Source: Basidiobolus meristosporus CBS 931.73 (lineage: Eukaryota; Fungi; Basidiobolomycota). Taken from it: a stretch of 64,000 nucleotides of DNA. The notes under the pieces are model-generated. The model made no database searches, was not told the origin of the DNA, and saw only the letters and a list, made by a program, of their open reading frames with translations. The stretch lies in NCBI GenBank assembly GCA_002104905.1, contig MCFE01000044.1, positions 124,001-188,000 on the forward strand, given 5' to 3'. This document shows positions 51,301 through 63,300 of this stretch, piece by piece (position 1 is the first letter of the stretch; each line of letters opens with the position of its first letter). The position numbers and the translations under genes were made by a program.

Positions 51301-54300
51301 TTGGTAACATACTGGGTCTCAGTTCTAGTGCTGTAGTGAGTGGACTCCACAGGAGCATGAGTCTTCACGGTGTGATGACTGCCAGAATGAGTTTCAACCG
51401 AAGGCTTGGGAGTAATGGTTTCAACAACAGTGTCGGTCACGACAGTGGTGATCGTATCAGTGGTGTAACTGCCGCTATGGCCATGGGGAACTACAGATTG
51501 TGATCCTGCAGATCCAGTGGCGTGGCGTTCCTTAGAGTTGTGTCCCTCAGACTTGGCAGACTGGGTAGGCTTCGACGACAAGATGGAGGTGGCAATGGGG
51601 CTTCCGCTGTTGTTGTCCACAACAACCTTGGTAACATACTGAGTCTCAGTTCTAGTGCTGTAGTGAGTGGACTCCACAGGAGCATGAGTCTTCACGGTGT
51701 GATGACTGCCAGAATGAGTTTCAACCGAAGGCTTGGGAGTAATGGTTTCAACAACAGTATCGGTCACGACAGTGGTGACCGTGTCAGTGGTGTAACTGCC
51801 GCTATGGCCATGGGGAACTACAGATTGCGATCCTGCAGATCCAGTGGCGTGGCGCTCCTTAGAGTTGTGTCCCTCAGGCTTGGCAGACTCGGTAGGCTTC
51901 GACGACAAGATGGAAGTAGCAATGGGACTTCCGCTGTTGTTGTCCACAACTACCTTGGTTACATACTGAGTCTCGGTTCTAGTGCTGTAGTGAGTGGACT
52001 CCACAGGAGCATGAGTCTTCACGGTGTGATGACTGCCAGAATGAGTTTCAACCGAAGGCTTGGGAGTAATGGTTTCAACAACAGTGTCGGTCACCATGCT
52101 GGTGATCGTGTCAGTGGTGTAACTGCCGCTATGGCCATGGGGAACTACAGATTGCGATCCTGCAGATCCAGTGGCGTGGCGTTCCTTAGAGTTGTGTCCC
52201 TCAGACTTGGCAGACTCGGTAGGCTTCGACAAGATGGAAGTAGCAATGGGACTTCCGCTGTTGTTATCCACAACTACCTTGGTAACAAACTGAGTCTCGG
52301 TTCTAGTGCTGTAGTGAGTGGACTCCACAGGAGCATGAGTCTTCACGGTGTGATGACTGCCAGATTGAGTTTCAACCGAAGGCTTGGGAGTAATGGTTTC
52401 AACAACAGTATCAGTCACGACAGTGGTGACCGTGTCAGTGGTGTAACTATCGCTGTGGCCATGGGGAACTACAGATTGAGAACCAGTAGATCCAGTGGCG
52501 TGGTGATCCTTAGAGTTGTGTCCCTCAGACTTGGCAGACTCGGTAGGCTTCGACGACAAGATGGAGGTGGCAATGGGGCTTCCGCTGTTGTTATCCACAA
52601 CTACCTTGGTTACATACTGGGTCTCAGTTCTAGTGCTGTAGTGAGTGGACTCCACAGGAGCATGAGTCTTCACGGTGTGATGACTGCCAGATTGAGTTTC
52701 AACCGAAGGCTTGGGAGTAATGGTTTCAACAACAGTATCAGTCACGACAGTGGTGATCGTGTCAGTGGTGTAACTGCCGCTATGGCCATGGGGAACTACA
52801 GATTGTGATCCTGCAGATCCAGTGGCGTGATGATCCTTAGAGTTGTGTCCCTCAGACTTGGCAGACTCGGTAGGCTTCGACGACAAGATGGAGGTGGCAA
52901 TGGGGCTTCCGCTGTTGTTATCCACAACTACCTTGGTTACATACTGGGTCTCAGTTCTAGTGCTGTAGTGAGTGGACTCCACAGGAGCGTGAGTCTTCAC
53001 GGTGTGATGACTGCCAGAATGAGTTTCAACCGAAGGCTTGGGAGTAATGGTTTCAACAACAGTATCGGTCACGACAGTGGTGATCGTGTCAGTGGTGTAA
53101 CTGCCGCTATGGCCATGGGGAACTACAGATTGAGATCCTGTAGATCCAGTGGCGTGGTGATCCTTAGAGTTGTGTCCCTCAGACTTGGCAGACTCGGTAG
53201 GCTTCGACGACAAGATCGAGGTAGCGATGGGACTTCCGCTGTTGTTGTCCACAACTACCTTGGTAACATACTGGGTCTCGGTTCTAGTGCTGTAGTGAGT
53301 GGACTCCACAGGAGCATGAGTCTTCACGGTGTGATGACTGCCAGAATGAGTTTCAACCGAAGGCTTGGGAGTAATGGTTTCAACAACAGTATCGGTCACG
53401 ACAGTGGTGATCGTGTCAGTGGTGTAACTGCCGCTATGGCCATGGGGAACTACAGATTGAGATCCTGTAGATCCAGTGGCGTGGTGATCCTTAGAGTTGT
53501 GTCCCTCAGACTTGGCAGACTCGGTAGGCTTCGACGACAAGATGGAGGTAGCGATGGGACTTCCGCTGTTGTTGTCCACAACTACCTTGGTTACATACTG
53601 GGTCTCAGTTCTAGTGCTGTAGTGAGTGGACTCCACAGGAGCGTGAGTCTTCACGGTGTGATGACTGCCAGAATGAGTTTCAACCGAAGGCTTGGGAGTA
53701 ATGGTTTCAACAACAGTGTCGGTCACCACGCTGGTGATCGTGTCAGTGGTGTAACTGCCGCTATGGCCATGGGGAACTACAGATTGAGATCCTGCAGATC
53801 CAGTGGCGTGGCGCTCCTTGGAGTTGTGTCCCTCAGGCTTGGCAGACTCGGTAGGCTTCGACGACAAGATGGAGGTGGCAATGGGGCTTCCGCTGTTGTT
53901 ATCCACAACTACCTTGGTTACATACTGGGTCTCGGTTCTAGTGCTGTAGTGAGTGGACTCCACAGGAGCATGAGTCTTCACGGTGTGATGACTGCCAGAA
54001 TGAGTTTCAACCGAAGGCTTGGGAGTAATGGTTTCAACAACAGTGTCGGTCACCACGCTGGTGATCGTGTCAGTGGTGTAACTGCCGCTATGACCATGAG
54101 GGGCTGAAGAGTGGAAGTTTACTGACCCAGAGATATGTGGTTCCTTGGGGTTGTTACCATTTGACTTGCTGGGCTCAGTGGGTTCGCTAGGTAAGACCGA
54201 AGTAGCGATGGGGCTACCGCTATTATTATCGATCACAACCTTGGTTATGTATTTTGTCTCAGTCCAGATAGTATAGCGAGTAGATTCGACAGGAATATAG

Positions 54301-57300
54301 GTTCTTGCGGTGTGCTTACTATCCGATTGAGTGTCTATTGAGTGTTTAGGAGTAATAGTTTGAACTATTGTGGAGGTATGTGTTGACGTTATTGAACCCA
54401 GAGTTATGATGGTTTTATCACCATGATTGGAGTGGCTTGCCAAATTTGTATGCGAGAATTTTGACGCGCTGGATGCGTACTCCTTCTTTGAAAGACTGCC
54501 TGTAGACTTCGTGGGCTTGTGCTCTTCGGAAGAGTGGGCAGCCTTTGACTTAGTGGGCTTGTGTTCTTCGCTAGGGTGGGTAGCCTTGGATTCGGTGGGC
54601 TTGTGCTCTTCGCTAGAGTGGGGAGCCTTTGATTCAGTGGGCTTGTGTTCTTGGCTAGAGCGGGGAGCCTTGGACTTAGGCTCTACACTTGAGTGGGCAG
54701 TCTTCGATTCCGTGGGCTTGTGCTCTTCGCTAGAATGGGGAGCCTTTGATTCACTAGGCTTGTGTTCTTCCCTGGAGTGGGCAGCTTTTGATTCTGTGGG
54801 CTTATGTTCTTCGCTAGAGTGGAGAGCCTTTGATTCAGTGGGCTTGTGTTCTTCGCTAGAGCGGGGAGCCTTTGATTCACTGGGCTTATGTTCTTCACTA
54901 GAGTGAGGAGCCTTTGATTCGGTGTGCCTGTGCTCTTCGCTTGAGTGGGTAGCCTTGGATTCAGTGGGCTTGTGTTCTTCGCTAGAGTGGAGAGCCTTTG
55001 ATTCAGTGGGCTTGTGCTCTTCGCTAGAGCGGGGAGCCTTGGACTTGGGGGACTTGGGCTCTACACTTGAGTGGGCAGTCTTTGATTCAGTCGGCTTGTG
55101 CTCTTCGCTAGAGTGGGCAGCCTTTGATTCAGTGGGCTCGTGCTTTTCGCTAGAGTGGGCAGCCTTTGATTCGGTGGGCTTGTGTTCTTCGCTAGAGTGG
55201 GGAGCCTTTGATTCAGTGGGCTTATGTTCTTCACTAGAGTGGGGAGCCTTGGACTTAGGCTCTACACTTGAGTGGGCAGTCTTTGATTCCGTGGGCTTGT
55301 GCTCTTCGCTAGAATGGGGAGCCTTTGATTCACTGGGCTTATGTTCTTCACTAGAGTGGGGAGCCTTTGATCCTGTGGGCTTGTGCTCTTCGCTAGAGTG
55401 GAGAGCCTTTGATTCGGTGGGCTTGTGTTCTTCGCTAGAGTGGAGAGCCTTTGATTCAGTGGGCTGGTGCTTTTCGCTAGAGTGGGGAGCCTCTGATTGG
55501 GTGGGCTTGTGCTCTTCGCTAGAGCGGGGAGCCTTGGACTTGGGGGACTTGGGCTCTACACTTGAGTGGGCAGTCTTTGATTCAGTCGGCTTGTGCTCTT
55601 CGCTAGAGTGGGCAGCCTTTGATTCAGTGGGCTCGTGCTTTTCGCTAGAGTGGGCAGCCTTTGATTCGGTGGGCTTGTGTTCTTCGCTAGAGTGGGGAGC
55701 CTTTGATTCACTGGGCTTATGTTCTTCACTAGAGTGAGGAGCCTTTGATTCGGTGTGCCTGTGCTCTTCGCTAGAGTGGGTAGCCTTTGATTCACTGGAC
55801 TTGTGTTCTTCACTGGAGTGGGCAGCCTTTGATTCGGTGGGCTTGTGTTCTTCGCTAGAGTGGAGAGCCTTTGATTCAGTGGGCTTGTGCTCTTCGCTAG
55901 AGCGGGGAGCCTTGGACTTGGGGGACTTGGGCTCTACACTTGAGTGGGCAGTCTTTGATTCAGTCGGCTTGTGCTTTTCGCTAGAGTGGGCAGCCTTTGA
56001 TTCAGTGGGCTTGTGTTCTTCGCTAGAGTGGGGAGCCTTGGACTTAGGCTCTACACTTGAGTGGGCAGTCTTTGATTCCGTGGGCTTGTGCTCTTCGCTA
56101 GAATGGGGAGCCTTTGATTCACTGGGCTTATGTTCTTCACTAGAGTGGGGAGCCTTTGATCCTGAGGGCTTGTGCTCTTCGCTAGAGTGGGGAGCCTTTG
56201 ATTCGGTGGGCTTGTGTTCTTCGCTAGAGTGGAGAGCCTTTGATTCAGTGGGCTGGTGCTTTTCGCTAGAGTGGGGAGCCTCTGATTGGGTGGGCTTGTG
56301 CTCTTCGCTAGAGCGGGGAGCCTTGGACTTGGGGGACTTGGGCTCTACACTTGAGTGGGCAGTCTTTGATTCAGTCGGCTTGTGCTTTTCGCTAGAGTGG
56401 GCAGCCTTTGATTCGGTGGGCTTGTGCTCTTCGCTAGAGTGGGGAGCCTTTGATTCAGTGGGCTTGTGTTCTTGGCTAGAGCGGGGAGCCTTGGACTTAG
56501 GCTCTACACTTGAGTGGGCAGTCTTTGATTCCGTGGGCTTGTGCTCTTCGCTAGAATGGGGAGCCTTTGATTCACTGGGCTTATGTTCTTCACTAGAGTG
56601 GGGAGCCTTTGATCCTGTGGGCTTGTGTTCTTCACTAGAGTGGGGAGCCTTTGATCCTGTGGGCTTGTGTTCTTCGCTAGAGTGGAGAGCTTTTGTTTCA
56701 GTAGGCTGGTGCTTTTCACTGGAGTGGGGAGCCTTTGATTCACTGGGCTTATGTTCTTCACTAGAGTGGGGAGCCTTTGATTCGGTGGGCTTGTGTTCTT
56801 CGCTAGAGTGGAGAGCCTTTGATTCAGTGGGCTTGTGCTCTTCGCCAGAGTGGGGAGCCTTTGATTCAGTGGGCTTGTGCTCTTCGCTAGAGCGGGGAGC
56901 CTTGGACTTGGGGGACTTGGGCTCTACACTTGAGTGAGACGCCTTCGATTCCGTGGGCTTGTGCTCTTCGCTAGAGTGGCCAGCCTTCGATTCAGTGGGC
57001 TCGTGCTTTTCGCTAGAGTGGGCAGCCTTTGATTCGGTGGGTTTGTGCTCTTCACTAGAGCGGGGAGCCTTGGACTTGGGGGACTTGGGCTCTAGACTTG
57101 AGTGAGACGCCTTCGATTCCGTGGGCTTGAGTTCAGCGCTAGAGTGGCCAGCCTTTGATCCTGTGGGCTTGTGTTCTTCGCTAGAGTGGGGAGCCTTTGA
57201 TTCGGTGGGCTGGTGCTCTTCGCTAGAGCGGGGAGCCTTGGACTTGGGGGACTTGGGCTCTACACTTGAGTGGGCAGTCTTTGATTCAGTCGACTTGTGC

Positions 57301-60300
57301 TCTTCGCTAGAGTTGCCAGCCTTTGATTCGGTGGGCTTGTGCTCTTCGCTAGAGCGGGGAGTCTTGGACTTGGGGGACCTAGTCTCTACGCTAGAGTGGG
57401 GAGCCTTTGATTCCGTGGGCTGGTGCTCTTCGCTAGAGCGGGGAGCCTTGGATTTGGGGGACTTGGGCTCTACACTTGAGTGAGACGCCTTCGATTCCGT
57501 GGGCTTGTGTTCTGCGCTAGAGTGGGCAGCATTTGACTCTGTGGGCTTGTGCTCTTCGCTAGAGTGGGGAGCCTTTGATTCAGTGGGCTGGTGCTTTTCG
57601 CTAGAGTGGGCAGCCTTTGATTCGGTGGGCTTGTGCTCTTCACTAGAGTGGGGAGCCTTTGATTCGGTGGGCTGGTGCTCTTCGCTAGAGCGGGGAGCCT
57701 TGGACTTGGGGGACTTGGGCTCTACACTTGAGTGAGACGCCTTCGATTCCGTGGGCTTGTGTTCTGCGCTAGAGTGGGCAGCCTTTGACTCAGTGGGCTT
57801 GTGCTCTTCGCTAGAGTGGGCAGCCTTTGATTCGGTTGGCTTGTGTTCTTCGCTTGAGGGGGTAGCCTTAGACTTGGGGGACTTGGGCTCCACACTTGAG
57901 TGGGTAGTCTTGGATGCCGTGGGCTTGGGCTCTTCACTAGAGTGGGGAGTCTTTGATTCGGTGGGCTTATGCTCTTCACTAGAGTGGGGAGCCTTTGATT
58001 CAGTGTGCTTGTGCTCTTCGCTAGAGCGAGGAGCCTTAGACTTGGGAGACTTGGGCGCTACACTAGAATGAGAAGCCTTCGATTCGGTGGGCTTGTGTTC
58101 TTCGCTAGAGTGGGGAACCCTTGTTTCCGAGGACACAACGGCACTACTGCTGCTGCTCAATGTGCTACCTGGAACGGGTGACGTGTTGGTAGATGCCGAT
58201 GAGACAGTGGTACTGCTACTGCTGCTGGATGTGCTACTTGGCGAAACAACTGGTGACGAGGTAGTGGTTGTCGATGACACAACGGCACTGCTGCTGCTGC
58301 TAGATGTGCTGCTTGGCGAAACAACTGGTGACGAGGTAGTGGTTGTCGATGACACAACGGCACTGCTGCTGCTGCTAGATGTGCTGCTCGGCGAAACAAC
58401 TGGTGACGATGTAGAGGCTACCGATGACTCGATGGCACTGCTGCTGCTGCTAGATGTGCTGCTCGGCGAAACAACTGGTGACGAGGTAGAGGCTACCGAG
58501 GACACGATGGCACTGCTACTGCTGCTAGATGTGCTGCTTGGCGAAACAACTGGTGACGAGGTAGTGGTTGTCGATGACACAACGGCACTGCTACTGCTGC
58601 TGCCAGATGTGCTACTTGGCGAAACAACTGGTGACGAGGTAGAGGCTACCGATGACACGATGGCACTGCTGCTGCTGCTAGATGTGCTGCTCGGCGAAAC
58701 AACTGGTGACGAGGTGGTGGTTGTCGATGACACAACGGAACTGCTGCTGCTGCTAGATGTGCTGCTCGGCGAAACAACTGGTGACGAGGTAGAGGCTACC
58801 GATGACACGATGGCACTGTTGCTGCTGCTAGATGTGCTGCTAGGCGAAACAACTGGTGACGAGGTAGAGGCTACCGATGACACGATGGCACTGCTGCTGC
58901 TGCTAGATGTGCTGCTTGGCGAAACAACTGGTGACGAGGTAGTGGTTGTCGATGACACAACGGCACTGCTGCTACTGCTAGATGTGCTGCTAGGCGAAAC
59001 AACTGGTGACGAGGTAGAGGCTACCGATGACACGATGGCACTGCTGCTGCTGCTAGATGTGCTGCTTGGCGAAACAACTGGTGACGAGGTAGAGGCTACC
59101 GATGACACGATGGCACTGCTGCTGCTGCTAGATGTGCTGCTAGGCGAAACAACTGGTGACGAGGTAGTGGTTGTCGATGACACAACGGCACTGCTGCTGC
59201 TGCTAGATGTGCTGTTCGGCGAAACAACTGGTGACGAGGTAGAGGCTACCGATGACACGATGGCACTGCTGCTGCTGCTAGATGTGCTGCTCGGCGAAAC
59301 AACTGGTGACGAAGTAGTGGTTGTCGATGACACAACGGCACTGCTGCTGCTGCTGGACGTGCCACTTGGCGAAGAAACGGGTGACGAGTTGGTAGATGTC
59401 AATGAGGTAATGGTACTGCTGCTGCTAGATGTGCTGCTACTGCCAGAAGTAGGTTTAGTGCTTGAGTCAGAGCTGGAGCTGGTGGTCTGTTTAGAACATG
59501 GACCTGATACCGGTGTTCCTGGTATATTACAGGCGTACTGCACTAGGCCTTGGTAACCACAAACGTCTCCTTGAGCACAACATATAATTTGTGGTCCATT
59601 TCCTTGGTTACAGTAGTACATGTGGCCACTATTTTCGGAGTCGCAATAGTAGTAGTTGCCTGCGGCGGTATTCTTGCATTGGTCAATCACGTTTTGAGGA
59701 ATTTTCGGGGTGTTAGTCACCGAGCTAGCGGCACTAGTGCTGGTACCTGATGGAGAACTTGGAGCAGCCTGAGAACTAGAGGCGGAAGCAGTGGAGGTAG
59801 ATGTGCTACTTTGGGACACAACAGTTGGTGAGCTTGGGGATGCTAATGCGGAAGTAGTACCGGTGCTACTGCTGGTAATGCTAGTGCTGGTGCTGCTGCT
59901 AGATGTGCTGTTACTGCCAGAAGTAGGTGCGGTGCTTGAGCCAGAGCTGGAGCTGGTGGTCTGTTTAGAACATGGACCAGACACCGGTGTTCCTGGTATA
60001 TTACAGGCGTACTGCACTAGGCCTTGGTAGCCACAAACGTCTCCTTGAGCACAACATATAATTTGTGGTCCATTTCCTTGGTTACAGTAGTACATGTGAC
60101 CACTATTTTCGGAGTCGCAATAGTAGTAGTTGCCTGCGGCGGTATTCTTGCATTGGTCAATCACGTTTTGAGGAATGTTCGGGGTGTTAGTCACCGAGCT
60201 AGCGGCACTAGTGCTGGTACCTGATGGAGAACTTGGAGCAGCCTGAGAACTAGAGGCGGAAGCAGTGGAGGTAGATATGCTGCTTGGGGACACAACAGGA

Positions 60301-63300
60301 GATGAGCTTGTGGATGCCAATGCGGAAGTAGTCCCGGTGCTGCTGCTGGTGCTGCTGGCGTTACTGCTAGATGTGCTGTTACTGCCAGAAGTAGGTGCAG
60401 AGCTTGAGTCAGAGCTGGAGCTGGTGGTCTGTTTAGAACATGGACCTGATACCGGTGTTCCTGGTATATTACAGGCGTACTGCACTAGGCCTTGGTAACC
60501 ACAAACGTCTCCTTGAGCACAACATATAATTTGTGGTCCATTTCCTTGGTTACAGTAGTACATGTGACCACTATTTTCGGAGTCGCAATAGTAGTAGTTG
60601 GCTGCGGCGGTATTCTTGCATTGGTCAATCACGTTTTGAGGAATCTTCGGGGTGTTGGTTACCGAGCTAGCAGTACTAGTGCTGGTACCTGATGGAGAAC
60701 TTGGAGCAGCCTGAGAACTAGAGGCGGAAGCAGTGGAGGTAGATGTACTACTTGGGGACACAACAGTTGGTGAGCTTGGGGATGCTAATGCGGAAGTAGT
60801 ACCGGTGCTACTGCTGGTAATGCTAGTGCTGGTGCTGCTGCTAGATGTGCTGTTACTGCCAGAAGTAGGTGCGGTGCTTGAGCCAGAGCTAGAGCTGGTG
60901 GTTTGTTTAGAGCATGGACCTGATACCGGTGTTCCTGGTATATTACAGGCGTACTGCACTAGGCCTTGGTAACCACAAACGTCTCCTTGAGCACAACATA
61001 TAATTTGTGGTCCATTTCCTTGGTTACAGTAGTACATGTGGCCACTATTTTCTGAGTCGCAATAATAGTAGTTGGCTGCAGCGGTATTCTTGCATTGGTC
61101 AATCACGTTTTGGGGAATCTTGGGGGTGTTGGTCACCGAGCTAGCAGTACTAGTGCTGGTACCAGATGGAGAACTTGGGACAGGCTCAGAACTGGAAACT
61201 GAAGCAGTGGAGGTAGATGTGCTGCTTGGGGGCACAACAGGAGATGAGCTTGTGGATGCTGATGAAATAGTGGTGCTGGTGCCGGTGCTGCTGCTAGATG
61301 TGCTGCTACTGCCAGAAGTAGGTGCGGTGCTGGAGTCAGAGCTGGAGCTGGTGGTTTGCTTAGAACATGGACCTGATACCGGTGTTCCTGGTACATTACA
61401 CGCGTACTCTACCAGGCCTTGGTAGCCGCAAACGTCTCCTTGGGCACAACACATAACTTCTGGTCCATTTCCTTGGTTACAGTAGTACATGTGGCCACTA
61501 TTTTCCGAGTCGCAATAGTAGTAGTTGCCATAAGCTGTATTCTTGCACTGGTCAATCACGTTTTGAGGAATCTTAGGGGTGTTGGTTACCGAGCTAGCAG
61601 TACTAGTGCTGGTACCAGATGGAGAACTTGGGACAGGCTCAGAACTGGAAACTGAAGCAGTGGAGGTAGATGTGCTGCTTGGGGGCACAACAGGAGATGA
61701 GCTTGTGGATGCTGATGAAATAGTGGTGCTGGTGCTGGTGCTGCTGCTGCTGCTAGATGTGCTGCTACTGCCAGAAGTAGGTGCGGTGCTGGAGTCAGAG
61801 CTGGAGCTGGTGGTTTGCTTAGAACATGGACCTGATACCGGTGTTCCTGGTACATTACACGCGTACTCTACCAGGCCTTGGTAGCCGCAAACGTCTCCTT
61901 GGGCACAACACATAACTTCTGGTCCATTTCCTTGGTTACAGTAGTACATGTGGCCACTATTTTCCGAGTCGCAATAGTAGTAGTTGCCATAAGCTGTATT
62001 CTTGCACTGGTCAATCACGTTTTGAGGAATCTTAGGGGTGTTGGTGACCGAGGTAGCAGTACTAGTGCTAGTACCAGATGGAGAACTTGGCACGGCCTGA
62101 GAACTAGAAACCGAAGCAGTGGAGGTAGATGTGCTGCTTGGGGGCACAACAGGAGATGAGCTTGTGGATGTTGATGAAATAGTGGTGCTGGTGCTGGTGC
62201 TGCTGCTAGATGTGCTGCTACTGCCAGAAGTAGGTGCGGTGCTGGAGTGAGAGCTGGAGCTGGTGGTCTGTTTAGAACATGGACCAGATACCGGTGTTCC
62301 TGGTACATTACACGCGTACTCTACCAGGCCTTGGTAGCCGCAAACGTCTCCTTGGGCACAACACATAACTTCTGGTCCATTTCCTTGGTTACAGTAGTAC
62401 ATGTGACCACTATTTTCTGAGTCGCAATAGTAGTAGTTGCCATAAGCTGTATTCTTGCATTGGTCAATCACGTTTTGAGGAATCGTAGGGGTGTTGGTGA
62501 CCGAGCTAGCAGTACTAGTGCTGGTACCTGATGGAGAACTTGGGAGAGGCTCAGAACTGGAAACCGAAGCAGTGGAGGTAGATGTGCTGCTTGGGGGCAC
62601 AACAGGAGATGAGCTTGTGGATGCTGATGAAATAGTGGTGCTGGTGCTGCTGCTAGATGTGTTGCTACTGCCAGAAGTAGGTGCGGTGCTGGAGTCAGAG
62701 CTGGAGCTGGTGGTCTGTTTAGAACATGGACCAGATACCGGTGTTCCTGGTACATTACACGCGTACTCTACCAGGCCTTGGTAGCCGCAAACGTCTCCTT
62801 GGGCACAACACATAACTTCTGGTCCATTTCCTTGGTTACAGTAGTACATGTGGCCACTATTTTCCGAGTCGCAATAGTAGTAGTTGCCATAAGCTGTATT
62901 CTTGCACTGGTCAATCACGTTTTGAGGAATCTTAGGGGTGTTGGTGACCGAGCTAGCAGTACTAGTGCTGGTACCAGATGGAGAACTTGGCACGGCCTGA
63001 GAACTAGAAACCGAAGCAGTGGAGGTAGATGTGCTGCTTGGGGGCACAACAGGAGATGAGCTTGTGGATGCTGATGAAATAGTGGTGCTGGTGCTGGTGC
63101 TGCTGCTAGATGTGCTGCTACTGCCAGAAGTAGGTGCGGTGCTGGAGTCAGAGCTGGAGCTGGTGGTCTGTTTAGAACATGGACCAGATACCGGTGTTCC
63201 TGGTACATTACACGCGTACTCTACCAGGCCTTGGTAGCCGCAAACGTCTCCTTGGGCACAACACATAACTTCTGGTCCATTTCCTTGGTTACAGTAGTAC

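Noticed and set aside
48780-58120. Regular short repeats resembling a CRISPR array or satellite
   Set aside because: Periods are multiples of 3, variation preserves the frame, there are no unique spacers or cas genes, and the context is eukaryotic: these are coding repeats.
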